Virus record (IMG/VR): IMGVR_UViG_3300027788_000008
Span: 11,279-75,278 of that record
Source of the DNA: a virus
Length of the DNA stretch: 64,000 nucleotides
Strand: one strand, 5' to 3'
Shown: positions 29,230 through 38,877 of the stretch, in pieces
Position numbering within the stretch: the stretch's first letter is position 1
Layout: each line of letters opens with the position of its first letter
Position numbers and translations under genes: made by a program
Notes under the pieces: model-generated
The model's input: only the letters and a program-made list of their open reading frames with translations
Database searches by the model: none
Told to the model about the DNA's origin: nothing

Positions 29230-31482
29230 ATGCCAACTTTAAAGACAATCCCCGCCTGTGCCACTATTCCATTCGCGCTAAATCCACTCAGCACGGATAA
29301 AGAAGATTGGGCATCCAAGAATAGTCAAATGGGGAATGTTGTATTGCAACCCGTTACACCAGAAGATGGTGTTGCCAAAAACTACTATGGGTCTATAGAT
29401 CGCATAGGAAATCACTTAGAGCAGAGTGATATGTCTTCTATAGGTACGGCCACCGATACAAATTATACGGCAGAAACCGGAGACCACTCAGGAACTACAC
29501 TTGTAGTTGCTACCCTAACAGACAATATCTATCAAAACACCACTACACCCCATAATAATGCAGTGCTCAATTGGGATGGCGAATTCGCCGCCGATGTAGT
29601 CTCTTTAGACGATAATGGCGATATCCATGTGATGAATGAGGATGATCTCCTTGCCTATGGTACAAGGTTGCTCCAAAAGAGTTTGGAAACTGAATCCGTC
29701 GGTTCATTTCGAATAGCATCAAACTACAACGAAGGTGAAGCTGATGGTTCGCCGAATCATCCGGAGGCATTTGAGTCTGATATCGCTGGCACTGGAGGTA
29801 CATGGGAAAACTGGTCCTCGGGTTTCATGAACTCCCAATCCGACCCAAAATACAAATACTCGATTTGGCGCAAAACCGCGAATGACCCCGAAACCCCTGC
29901 TGGAAAACTTTACAACCCAGATGACGTGCCAGAGTTACTAAAAAGATCAAGACCCCTGATTTTGAAAGATACATTTGATTTAGAGGAAATGGACGATTAT
30001 GCATTTTCTTTCTTCAACGCCTCATGCACCAACCTAGCTAGATTGAGTACCACGTTAGGTGATATGCTGCTTCTGCCTTCTACGCAAACCCCTGCGGGCA
30101 ATGGCGAGACTGGAACATGGCAGACACGCGGTAGTATGAAAGACAGGATCAGGCAGACCACAGATATACAATATACTAGTGCCACCTACAATGGTCCCCA
30201 AAACCCTGTAACCTACAACACCCCATATGAAGGATACTATGCGGGTGTCCGCTTCGTGGACGTTCCTGGTACGTTTCAAGGATACGAGCGTGACAGCTTC
30301 GAAGGTACGCGAGATTGGGCGGGGTCTTATGCTGGATCCAGAAACTTTTCGGGGTCGTATACTGGACAGAGAAACTTTTCACATCAATATGTTGGAACGG
30401 GATACTACAATGGACAGAGGAGGTATCAGGGATCGCGCTCTGCAAATTTCCCTGGACCAAAGCGGTCCTACATTGGACAGGTGGCCACTGGGTTCATCCA
30501 GTACATCACCACGACCACCCAGCGTCCTGACGCTGGCACCTTTTCCGACAGCAGTTTCATCCGTACATATGTCAGTTCCCAGCAATACAGACAGTACCAA
30601 AGAAACGTCCAAGGCTCGTTCGCCGGAATCAAATACTACACTGGAAGTAGGCCATATCTTGGTCGCCGCTATTATCAGGGACGCCGCTATTATGTGGGAC
30701 CAGGATATTTCAGAGGCAGTTTCAGAGGCATCGGGAAGCAGATTATGAACCCCCAGCGAGGCGATAATAATCCAGCGATACGGGGGGATGTTCGGATTTT
30801 TGACGGTGGTCCCTGGCGGACGGGTTTCTTTATTGGATATCTCAGCAACTATCATAAGTTTTTATCGAATATCGAACCATTTCTAGGTCAGTGGAAGAAT
30901 TTCAATTCCCCCCCTCAATCAGAAAAATTTATCGATCCCAATCACCCATACACAGGAGCGCGCCTCACAAATTTCCCTGGACCAAACTACAGAAGTGTCT
31001 GGGCATTTTATAATGGATTTCGGCAAACTAATGTAAATACCGTGTCCTATGAAACAGTCTACAGGCAGGTCAACACCCCCTACACTGATGGCATTACCTC
31101 TTTCGCCGGCACAAGATTTTTCAACTATGCTCAAGGGGCATTCTCGAGTCCGGCGAATTCCGAGAACTTTACTAATACTGAACAATACGGCGGTTCCAGA
31201 CAACGCAATAGATCTTTCGATGGTTTTAGAACTTATCAGGGAAACTATAGTGGATTTCGAACAAAACCTGGTTCTTATAATGGAACCAGAGCTGCCGACT
31301 TTAATGGATTCCGCTCGGAGAGATACGAAGCACCTGCTTCGCCATATACAGGAACATATCAATCTCAGAGAGTGGTACAGTATAATACGACATCGAATAT
31401 CCAGTATACCGGAGAAACCATTGTCGCAGCGATGAGGACTTTAGAGACTTACACGCTGTACGTCAAGGTATCTGAGACATAA
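29230..31482 (+). CDS. Putative fibre/needle protein with [FY]xGx[RT] repeats
   Basis: 750-aa ORF whose C-terminal ~420 aa is built from short aromatic-x-Gly-x-Arg repeats. Confidence 0.55.
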   Translation: MPTLKTIPACATIPFALNPLSTDKEDWASKNSQMGNVVLQPVTPEDGVAKNYYGSIDRIGNHLEQSDMSSIGTATDTNYTAETGDHSGTTLVVATLTDNIYQNTTTPHNNAVLNWDGEFAADVVSLDDNGDIHVMNEDDLLAYGTRLLQKSLETESVGSFRIASNYNEGEADGSPNHPEAFESDIAGTGGTWENWSSGFMNSQSDPKYKYSIWRKTANDPETPAGKLYNPDDVPELLKRSRPLILKDTFDLEEMDDYAFSFFNASCTNLARLSTTLGDMLLLPSTQTPAGNGETGTWQTRGSMKDRIRQTTDIQYTSATYNGPQNPVTYNTPYEGYYAGVRFVDVPGTFQGYERDSFEGTRDWAGSYAGSRNFSGSYTGQRNFSHQYVGTGYYNGQRRYQGSRSANFPGPKRSYIGQVATGFIQYITTTTQRPDAGTFSDSSFIRTYVSSQQYRQYQRNVQGSFAGIKYYTGSRPYLGRRYYQGRRYYVGPGYFRGSFRGIGKQIMNPQRGDNNPAIRGDVRIFDGGPWRTGFFIGYLSNYHKFLSNIEPFLGQWKNFNSPPQSEKFIDPNHPYTGARLTNFPGPNYRSVWAFYNGFRQTNVNTVSYETVYRQVNTPYTDGITSFAGTRFFNYAQGAFSSPANSENFTNTEQYGGSRQRNRSFDGFRTYQGNYSGFRTKPGSYNGTRAADFNGFRSERYEAPASPYTGTYQSQRVVQYNTTSNIQYTGETIVAAMRTLETYTLYVKVSET

Positions 31483-31553
31483 AACCCAACAATCTCTAAT
31501 TGCTCTTTAGTGATTCGCATATATAAGTGTACAATTGAAAACCGGAGAATATT

Positions 31554-32036
31554 ATGACAGTAAAATCAAGAAGATGGGAAGACAATGCATTCTGGCACAA
31601 CCCTGAAAAGGATATGGCGGAAGCAATCCTTATATTACAAGACGAATCGAATCGGGAAATTACTCAAGTCCTTACTGTTCGAAAACTTAACGAGGAAGGC
31701 GACGAGAATTTAGACTTTTTAGAACTTATCAACAGTGTTGGTATTGATAAAATTGACCAGAATACTGAAGAAAGAAAGATTCGCAAGGAGAAGGAGAAGG
31801 AAGAACATTCTATTCGTGAAGAGTCAGAAAAAAATGCGAGGGAACTGGAAAGACTCTTTGACTCCAAGATCAAGATGCTTGCCCTAGAAGATATTTCTTC
31901 TACAAAAAATAAAGTCCTTAAAAGCAAGTTGCGTCGATCGAAGAATATAGTCGAACTGAATATGTATGCACAACTGATCATTATGGAAAAAAATGGAATT
32001 GGATTCGTAACTTATGATACCGAGCAAAAAGACTAA
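31554..32036 (+). CDS. Hypothetical protein (charged, coiled-coil; possible fibre assembly chaperone)
   Basis: 160-aa ORF with SD GGAG; function not recognised. Confidence 0.55.
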   Translation: MTVKSRRWEDNAFWHNPEKDMAEAILILQDESNREITQVLTVRKLNEEGDENLDFLELINSVGIDKIDQNTEERKIRKEKEKEEHSIREESEKNARELERLFDSKIKMLALEDISSTKNKVLKSKLRRSKNIVELNMYAQLIIMEKNGIGFVTYDTEQKD

Positions 32037-32772
32037 AGGTTATCTTATAGTTGCATCCTCAGATGAAATTTATTATCATTGGGCATGCAACCTCCTTGAC
32101 GGAATAAAAGACTTCTACCCAGAAGCAAAGATCTGCCTCGTCACAGAACAAAGATTTCTCGATCACAAAGCAGACCAAGCAGATAAAGTTATTATCTGCG
32201 AAGACCACTATCGCTCTAAACTCTGGGGCATGGCTAACACCCCATGGGATCAAACTTTCTACATGGATGCTGATATGGAAATACTGCATGAGGACATCGC
32301 CAAGGTGTTTGATGAACAAGGCGAATCTGACTTGATGTTCTGTGCACTAGAAGAATCCCACTACCACGTATTCATGGGCGGCAAGTTCCCAGGTGGACAG
32401 TTCGCACTTGCTGGGGCAGTCTGCCTGTATCGCAAGAACAAACTTGTTATGGAGTTCATGCAAGACTGGTATGATTTGTATGTCGACCAGCGTGCAGGCA
32501 ATTGGTGGCCAAAGAATGAATATGGACAACCCGATTATAAACTGTATCCAGAAGACTTGGCCATATGGGACCAATTCACTCTTTGGTGGTTGGTTAATAA
32601 AGAACCCAAGTATTCATCTCTTATTATAGAAACGTTTAAAGACACACTAAAGTGGAACCATTGGTCCACCCTTAACAGGGTAGACTTCCCTTTAAAAGAT
32701 GACACTGTCCTGTTGCATTTATCTGCACGCGCAGCAAAATCGCTTAGTAAGATTGAGATTGATACTATATGA
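32014..32772 (+). CDS. GT-A fold glycosyltransferase (GT8-like/nucleotide-diphospho-sugar transferase)
   Basis: GYLIVAS N-terminus, TPWDQTFYMDAD (DxD), F..GAVCLY, WDQFTLW, WN...LLH. Confidence 0.75.
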   Translation: MIPSKKTKGYLIVASSDEIYYHWACNLLDGIKDFYPEAKICLVTEQRFLDHKADQADKVIICEDHYRSKLWGMANTPWDQTFYMDADMEILHEDIAKVFDEQGESDLMFCALEESHYHVFMGGKFPGGQFALAGAVCLYRKNKLVMEFMQDWYDLYVDQRAGNWWPKNEYGQPDYKLYPEDLAIWDQFTLWWLVNKEPKYSSLIIETFKDTLKWNHWSTLNRVDFPLKDDTVLLHLSARAAKSLSKIEIDTI

Positions 32773-33413
32773 TCGACGTGCCTATACTGAATGCTGATTT
32801 AAAAACCATACTGGATACATTTATCCCTCTGGTTGAATCTATAGACTTTGATAAAGTCTGTCTAACGGACGACATTGTTGATGATTGGTGCAGTGTTGAC
32901 TATTTAAATCGAATAAAAAAAAGAGGGCGCACACATGGTGGATATCCAGCAATTCTGAAAGGTACATGTCCAGAATTCAATTCGTTTGACTACAATGACA
33001 ATGAAGAAAAAACCTCCATTATCTCTAGATTTGATAAAGCGGCCCAAGAAATTGCTTCTTGGTCTGGCGCACGTAACCGAGCATTGTGTGCTGTGTATCC
33101 CCCAGGAGGTTTTATTTCATGGCACAATAATGCCAACGCTGCGGGGTATAATGTTCTGTTTACATGGTCTTCAGAGGGTGATGGACAATGGGAACACATA
33201 GACCCAATGACCCAAGAACACGTAGTTATCCCAGACAAGAAGGGTTGGCAATGCAAGTTTGGATATTATGGAACATATGATGAAACTGACAAATTATTGT
33301 ACCATTGTGCTAGAACAAATTGCCTGCGCTTCACGATAGCGTTTGTATTCAACGCCGACGAAAGAGGTGAATCTATGGCACAGATGCTGACCGAGGAAAT
33401 ATCTGAATACTAA
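32769..33413 (+). CDS. Putative 2OG-Fe(II)/cupin-type oxygenase
   Basis: YPPGGFISWHNN ... YHC ... LRFTIAF gives a DSBH-like H-x-N...H...R arrangement. Confidence 0.55.
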   Translation: MIDVPILNADLKTILDTFIPLVESIDFDKVCLTDDIVDDWCSVDYLNRIKKRGRTHGGYPAILKGTCPEFNSFDYNDNEEKTSIISRFDKAAQEIASWSGARNRALCAVYPPGGFISWHNNANAAGYNVLFTWSSEGDGQWEHIDPMTQEHVVIPDKKGWQCKFGYYGTYDETDKLLYHCARTNCLRFTIAFVFNADERGESMAQMLTEEISEY

Positions 33414-33502
33414 ATAAGGTTAACAAACCATTCAACGAGAACACTCCCTCCACTGCCTCTGGTACTGTAGGAGGAACGATAAACATAATAGGTGCCTAGT
33501 GT

Positions 33503-33619
33503 ATGAGACAAATTACTGTCAAGAAGAAAGACACTCGAAGAATAGTAGTATCTGATAAACAACTACAAAAAGTTGAGATTAAAGAGAAAGAAACAAGATC
33601 GATAAAAATAAAATCCTGA
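33503..33619 (+). CDS. 38-aa basic peptide with ~10-aa periodicity (below ORF-track cutoff)
   Basis: Translates as MRQITVKKKDTRRIVVSDKQLQKVEIKEKETRSIKIKS; AGGTG upstream. Confidence 0.45.
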   Translation: MRQITVKKKDTRRIVVSDKQLQKVEIKEKETRSIKIKS

Positions 33620-33639
33620 ACAAGTAGTTTGGATAGAGA

Positions 33640-33646
33640 CTAAATA
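33640..33646 (+). promoter_or_regulatory. Late promoter variant CTAAATA
   Basis: Intergenic, ~30 nt upstream of the 33675 ORF; shares the TAAATA core. Confidence 0.55.
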
Positions 33647-33674
33647 GAGAAAAGAAACCCAGGACTGAACAAAG

Positions 33675-34037
33675 ATGGCACAGTACGAAGATTTAGAAAT
33701 AGACCAAGGGTCTGATACCAAGTGGCAAATTAAGATGCTACTGGCAGACGGAACCCCAAGAGACATAACTGGATATACAGTCCGTGGTAATGTCAATAGA
33801 AGTTATGATGCAGACAATAGCGAGATGTTAGCGTTCACAACGAGTCTTGTCGCGCCAGCAACAGGTGGTGTCTTAGAGTTCATGTTAACCAATATACAAA
33901 CAGATGCAATGACGCGCAGGCGTTATGTGTATGATCTGGAAGTAGAATACGTCCACCCCTCTAGTGGAGCAACCATTGTAGAAAGAATACTTGAAGGCAA
34001 CCTTGTTGTTTCCCGAAGTGTTAGCAAATTTGATTAA
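33675..34037 (+). CDS. Small virion structural protein (BppU N-terminal-like Ig fold)
   Basis: LEIDQGSD...P.DITGYT...RYVYDLEV....VERILEG.LVV. Confidence 0.65.
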   Translation: MAQYEDLEIDQGSDTKWQIKMLLADGTPRDITGYTVRGNVNRSYDADNSEMLAFTTSLVAPATGGVLEFMLTNIQTDAMTRRRYVYDLEVEYVHPSSGATIVERILEGNLVVSRSVSKFD

Positions 34038-34048
34038 GGAGAAATAGA

Positions 34049-34423
34049 ATGGCGGTAACATTATCAGAAACAGCGCGAAACGGTATTGCGGACTATGTCT
34101 GTGGGAGGATTAATGATGGAGGCACCGGTTCTGTCCGATTCTTTACCTCAGGAAATTCTTTGGTTGCAAAATTAAATTTTTCTGACATCGCGTTTCAACC
34201 AGCAGTAGGAGGAACCGCTGTAAATAACCCCATTTCCCCCGATGCGTTTACACTTGGCGGGGTGATCGACACATTCAAAGTATTCTCTGGCGGCGGAATA
34301 GAGATATTTGGAGGTACATGTAGCGCAATATCTGGCGGTGGCGACATTGAGTTATTTACTCTTACGATCACACCAAACGATGTTGTCGATCTCAGTCGAC
34401 TTACTTTCTCAGCACCATCATAA
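34049..34423 (+). CDS. Hypothetical virion structural protein
   Basis: LSETARN..AD...I....G.VRFFT...LVA.L.F...AF..A.GG.A pattern seen in phage tail proteins. Confidence 0.55.
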   Translation: MAVTLSETARNGIADYVCGRINDGGTGSVRFFTSGNSLVAKLNFSDIAFQPAVGGTAVNNPISPDAFTLGGVIDTFKVFSGGGIEIFGGTCSAISGGGDIELFTLTITPNDVVDLSRLTFSAPS

Positions 34424-34429
34424 AAACCC

Positions 34430-34927
34430 TTGATAGATTTTCGCGGCAAAAAGTGGGATAATTTCGGCAAGGAGTTTATGTCACGGAATTCAAGTTTGTC
34501 CCACTGGGAATGCGATAAATACTTCGTCGGAACCGCATATGACCAAATATTCTTTATGGTTCTTTTCAAATACAAACCGAACGATTTAGTCGAGACTAGT
34601 GTCAAGACTAGTGTCATTGCAGACTGGGACGCAGTACGACTTTGTGGGTTTGATTATAAGCAGAAAATTAAACTAAGAGACATTGCAATTTACGCAGCTG
34701 GAAATTATTTCTTTGAAACCCTCGGACATAACCATGGATATGGGTTCATAAAGAAAACAGACAAGAAGGTCATAAAGTTGATTGATCGTATCAATGAAGC
34801 ACCTATGGAAGAAAGTGGTCTCAGTAGTCCATCAGGCGTGCCATTAATGCGATGGGACTTTTACAAAGAGGATTTTAGGAGGGGTGTGCTCTTAGATCGC
34901 GCAAAGAAGGCAATATATAACTTTTGA
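34430..34927 (+). CDS. Hypothetical protein, possibly GNAT fold
   Basis: YFFETLGHNHGYGFIKKTDKKVIKLIDRI resembles the C-terminal motif of RimJ/RimL-type GNATs. TTG start, so the start position is uncertain. Confidence 0.4.
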   Translation: MIDFRGKKWDNFGKEFMSRNSSLSHWECDKYFVGTAYDQIFFMVLFKYKPNDLVETSVKTSVIADWDAVRLCGFDYKQKIKLRDIAIYAAGNYFFETLGHNHGYGFIKKTDKKVIKLIDRINEAPMEESGLSSPSGVPLMRWDFYKEDFRRGVLLDRAKKAIYNF

Positions 34928-34928
34928 T

Positions 34929-36317
34929 ATGAAATTTTTTATATGTAATGATAGATCCAAATTCACTAAACTGCAACCTGAGAATTATGGTGGGTGGTTT
35001 TTTATACGCGAACCCGACGTTGAAATTTGGGAAGGCGAAGACTGTATTGTTCTATATTGCGGTTACCTGATTGAAGGAGACATACAAGAAGTTTGTAAGG
35101 AATTTAGTTTTAAAGAAGCGAACGGAAACTTCTTTGCAGTTAAACTGACAAAGGATAATTATGAGATATCAGTAGACTATTTTCAGAACCATAAACTATT
35201 TGTATCCACCAAATACGGGACAGAAATAAGCAACCACATCCCTTATATGACGATCGAAGACATAGACCACACTAGGATATGGGTTGAATCGGATGATTAT
35301 GGTCGTGAGTATTCTGATGCTGCCCGCACAACCTACTATGATCACATCTCAATATTCAACCCCCAATATAATTACATACAAGATGCCAAAGATTCTCATG
35401 CTCAAGAAGTCTGGCAAGACCTTGATGAACTCACCGAATACATACACCAATGTATGCAGCACCACTCAGAAGTAATCAAAGAAAAGTATCCGTTACGATA
35501 CTGTTCTCTCAGTGAAGGAATAGACTCTGCCTTGCAATCAGTTTTCTTCCCTGAAGACCTCCAACTTCTCTATACTGTAGACACAGCAGATTCAGAGCAA
35601 CATTATGATTTGATCAAACTTGCACAAAACAACTTTCCTAACACAAACAGATACACATACAAATCAAGACGGAACCGTAAAGATTGCTTAACCCATCTGA
35701 TAGATTCTTCCTGTCGCTGGACGTCGATAATCCCTACATTCAGACATCTTAACATGCAAAAAATTAAACCTGATATTTTTATGTATGGGGTTAATGGTAA
35801 TGAAATGTTTGTTAGAGATTTGATACCGCACGTGCTCGTATTATTTTTAAAATACTATAGTAGTGATACGTCTTCAATGATAGATAAGATTAAATCTGAC
35901 ATTTATGATAAAGGTGATATGTATGGTTCCGCATACACTAACTCTGTCGACTACGATTTTGAAGGAACTGTCGATACATGTATAGAAATGTACAGAGGTT
36001 TGTCATACGAGGAAATCGAAGATATTTTGATGATACTCTCTACACCCAAATTATACACGCGCACTATATCCAGTAACAACAACGTCCTTTCTGCATCATT
36101 ATATAATGACAGGAGAATATTTCACGAGGTTATGAAAGGTAGAAATGACTGGTTAGAAACCAATGCAATGGATGCACCGATCATGCGCGCAATACTGGAT
36201 AAATATGACTACAACTTTGTCACCCCAAGGAATTGCACTCTTAGTGCTGACTATGAACAACTGAATTACACCGCACATGAGGCAACTGTAGAACGAGACA
36301 TTAGACAAAATATATAA
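34929..36317 (+). CDS. Asparagine synthetase-like ATP-dependent amide ligase lacking the N-terminal Cys
   Basis: PP-loop SLSEGIDSAL, GVNGNEMF (cf. GEGADELF), degenerate Ntn-like N-terminus (ANGNFFAV, VDYF). Confidence 0.65.
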   Translation: MKFFICNDRSKFTKLQPENYGGWFFIREPDVEIWEGEDCIVLYCGYLIEGDIQEVCKEFSFKEANGNFFAVKLTKDNYEISVDYFQNHKLFVSTKYGTEISNHIPYMTIEDIDHTRIWVESDDYGREYSDAARTTYYDHISIFNPQYNYIQDAKDSHAQEVWQDLDELTEYIHQCMQHHSEVIKEKYPLRYCSLSEGIDSALQSVFFPEDLQLLYTVDTADSEQHYDLIKLAQNNFPNTNRYTYKSRRNRKDCLTHLIDSSCRWTSIIPTFRHLNMQKIKPDIFMYGVNGNEMFVRDLIPHVLVLFLKYYSSDTSSMIDKIKSDIYDKGDMYGSAYTNSVDYDFEGTVDTCIEMYRGLSYEEIEDILMILSTPKLYTRTISSNNNVLSASLYNDRRIFHEVMKGRNDWLETNAMDAPIMRAILDKYDYNFVTPRNCTLSADYEQLNYTAHEATVERDIRQNI

Positions 36318-36335
36318 CTGCGTGCTTTCTGGATG

Positions 36336-36343
36336 TATAAATA
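36336..36343 (+). promoter_or_regulatory. T4-type late promoter TATAAATA (upstream of gp13)
   Basis: Exact consensus. Confidence 0.85.
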
Positions 36344-36369
36344 GAACTAAACACTGAAGGACGAGAAGA

Positions 36370-37134
36370 ATGGCAGTTATAGCAACGAGACAAGGTCTTA
36401 TCGATTATTCTCTTAGGAGATTGGGAGAACCTGTTATCGAAATTAACGTCGACGAAGATCAAATAGAAGATAAAGTCGATGATGCATTGCAGGTGTATCA
36501 AGAGTTTCACGATGATGCCACTATTCGTCTATACTATGAGCACGTGATGACCTCTGCTGATATAACGAATAAGTATATCACCATACCAAGCAGCATCTTG
36601 TATGTAACCAAAATGTTTCCTGTTAACACCTCCATGGTACAGAGTTCGAACTTCTTTTCATTCCAGTACCAGTTTGCGATGAGCGACATGCAAAATATGA
36701 CAGGTGCTGGTGGACTGGGTGGAGGTATGGCATACCTAGAACAAGTTCAGCAGTTTATGTCTCTCATTGATATGAAAATAAATGGACTCCCTCTGATAAA
36801 TTTCTCTCGGCGGTCCAACCGTGTCTACCTCCACAGTGATATTTCCGACGGACAGATAAAAGAAGGCGGACATATCGCATTAGAAGTTTACCAGATTGTA
36901 GACCCAGCAGTGAACGGTTCTATATGGAATGATATGTTTATGAAGGACTACACAACTTCCTTGATCAAAGAGCAGTGGGGTCAGAACATGAGCAAGTTTG
37001 AGGGTATGCAACTTCCAGGAGGTATCACTATCTCTGGCAGACAGATTCTTGAAGAAGCAAAGGGTGAGATAACTGAACTGCGCGAGCGCATGCGACTGGA
37101 ACAAGAACTCCCACCCGAGTTTTTTGTAGGTTAA
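36370..37134 (+). CDS. g13: Neck protein gp13
   Basis: LRRLGEPVIEINVDEDQIED, KEQWGQNMSKFEGMQLPGG. Confidence 0.95.
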   Translation: MAVIATRQGLIDYSLRRLGEPVIEINVDEDQIEDKVDDALQVYQEFHDDATIRLYYEHVMTSADITNKYITIPSSILYVTKMFPVNTSMVQSSNFFSFQYQFAMSDMQNMTGAGGLGGGMAYLEQVQQFMSLIDMKINGLPLINFSRRSNRVYLHSDISDGQIKEGGHIALEVYQIVDPAVNGSIWNDMFMKDYTTSLIKEQWGQNMSKFEGMQLPGGITISGRQILEEAKGEITELRERMRLEQELPPEFFVG

Positions 37135-37137
37135 ATA

Positions 37138-38037
37138 ATGGCAACTTCTAGACATTTTAGGCACAACGTTCGGTCAGAACAGAACCTGTATGAAGACCTC
37201 ATTGTAGAGTCTCTCAAGTTTTATGGCACCGACATCTACTATCTTCCACGAGAAGTAGTGTCCCGTGATATGGTATTCAATGATGAAATCCTATCACGCT
37301 TTGCCAATGCATATAGCATTGAGGTATACCTCGAAAACCTTGAGGGGTTTGACGGAGACGGAGATCTGTTTTCGAAGTTTGGTGTGGAGATTCGAGACGC
37401 AGCAACCCTATTGATGTCTCGTCGAAGATGGAACAACGAGATACGAAAGTATCAAGAAACTCCAGAAGAGAAATACTATCGTCCAAGAGAAGGTGATTTG
37501 ATTCATGTTCCTTTGAGTGGTTCGACTTTCGAGATAATGAAAGTTGAAGATGAAAACCCATTCTACCAACTCGGAAAATTACCTGTATTCAAGATGCGTT
37601 GCGAGTTGTTTGAATTTACTAATTCTGATTTTGAGACAGGCGTACCAGAGATCGACGACATAGAAGATTTCACAGCGTACCAGTGGCAGTTGACAATGAA
37701 CCCTCCTTCTGTTGCATATATTAAAGGCGAGACTGTCACACAAACCCACAGCACTCACATAATAACTGGTGAGGTTGTGAACTGGCAACCCTCTGATAAC
37801 ATACTTCGCCTCGCCCACGTTGGCAACAACAAGGGAGACTACAGAGAATTCACAAACTCTATTGCCGTCGTTGGCACAGAGTCGGGTGCTAGTGCCACCC
37901 CAACTCTGGTTGAAGAGTTGCAGGAGATACAACCAGCAAGTCCTGGAGGCGCGAGTGGTAACGTTGACTCATTCAGCGTATCTGCGTTTGAATTCCTCGA
38001 CTTCAGCGAGACTAATCCCTTCGGAGGAATCGTATAA
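37138..38037 (+). CDS. g14: Neck protein gp14
   Basis: EQNLYEDLIVES, SKFGVEIRD, RPREGDLI, ENPFYQLGK, FSETNPFG. Confidence 0.95.
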   Translation: MATSRHFRHNVRSEQNLYEDLIVESLKFYGTDIYYLPREVVSRDMVFNDEILSRFANAYSIEVYLENLEGFDGDGDLFSKFGVEIRDAATLLMSRRRWNNEIRKYQETPEEKYYRPREGDLIHVPLSGSTFEIMKVEDENPFYQLGKLPVFKMRCELFEFTNSDFETGVPEIDDIEDFTAYQWQLTMNPPSVAYIKGETVTQTHSTHIITGEVVNWQPSDNILRLAHVGNNKGDYREFTNSIAVVGTESGASATPTLVEELQEIQPASPGGASGNVDSFSVSAFEFLDFSETNPFGGIV

Positions 38038-38834
38038 TGTTCGGCAAGCACTTTTATAATGAGCGTGTACGAAAGTCTGTTGCTGTATTTGGCGCAATGT
38101 TTGACAACATATACATTATTCGTAAACACGGAAGCACAACATACGATCAGATGAAAGTGCCTTTGGCTTATGCTCCCCAACGTAAGTTTCTCGAGCGGAT
38201 TGCTGAGATGAACAACGGGGAAGATAACGAAAGGCAACTTGCTATCAAACTACCACGTATGTCATTTGAGATAGTGAACATGCAATATGATGCACAGCGT
38301 CAGTTACCGAAGATGAATAGTGTTTCCAGACCTGGAATGACACCAGGAACTAGACAAAAGTTTCACACCCCAACTCCATACATTATTTCTTTTGAGTTGA
38401 GCGTGTATGCCAAGCAACATGATGACGCACTACAAGTTGTCGAGCAGATACTACCATACTTTGCTCCACAATATACTCTTTCTGTTAAACCTGTCTCTGA
38501 CATTGACATAGTTGAAGATGTTCCTGTCATTTTACAGTCTGTCGCATTCACAGACGACTTTGAAGGCGTTGTTGAGGCAAGGAGAACCATCGTATATACA
38601 TTACAGTTTGATATGAAGATAAACTTCTATGGTCCAAAGGCAAACGACTCTGCGATCATTAACCGAATCGATATGGATTTATATGCCATGGACGGTCCAG
38701 TTGGCAATGATTCTGATTATGCCGAGACAGTGAGGGTCGAAACAAACCCCAACCCTGTTTCGCGTGATTCTGACCACACTATCGTTTCTGACGTACTCGC
38801 CACCGACGAATTTGTCCCACACCCATTCCAGTGA
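38037..38834 (+). CDS. g15: Tail sheath stabilizer/completion protein gp15
   Basis: MFGKHFYNE..RK, KVPLAYAP..KFL, LPRMSFE, QVVEQILPYF.P. Confidence 0.95.
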   Translation: MFGKHFYNERVRKSVAVFGAMFDNIYIIRKHGSTTYDQMKVPLAYAPQRKFLERIAEMNNGEDNERQLAIKLPRMSFEIVNMQYDAQRQLPKMNSVSRPGMTPGTRQKFHTPTPYIISFELSVYAKQHDDALQVVEQILPYFAPQYTLSVKPVSDIDIVEDVPVILQSVAFTDDFEGVVEARRTIVYTLQFDMKINFYGPKANDSAIINRIDMDLYAMDGPVGNDSDYAETVRVETNPNPVSRDSDHTIVSDVLATDEFVPHPFQ

Positions 38835-38877
38835 GAACCCCTATATACTCTCTGTATGCTAAAGGAATCTGATTGTT

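Noticed and set aside
34593-34616. 12-bp tandem duplication AGACTAGTGTCA
   Set aside because: A single in-frame duplication inside a CDS with no sign of function.
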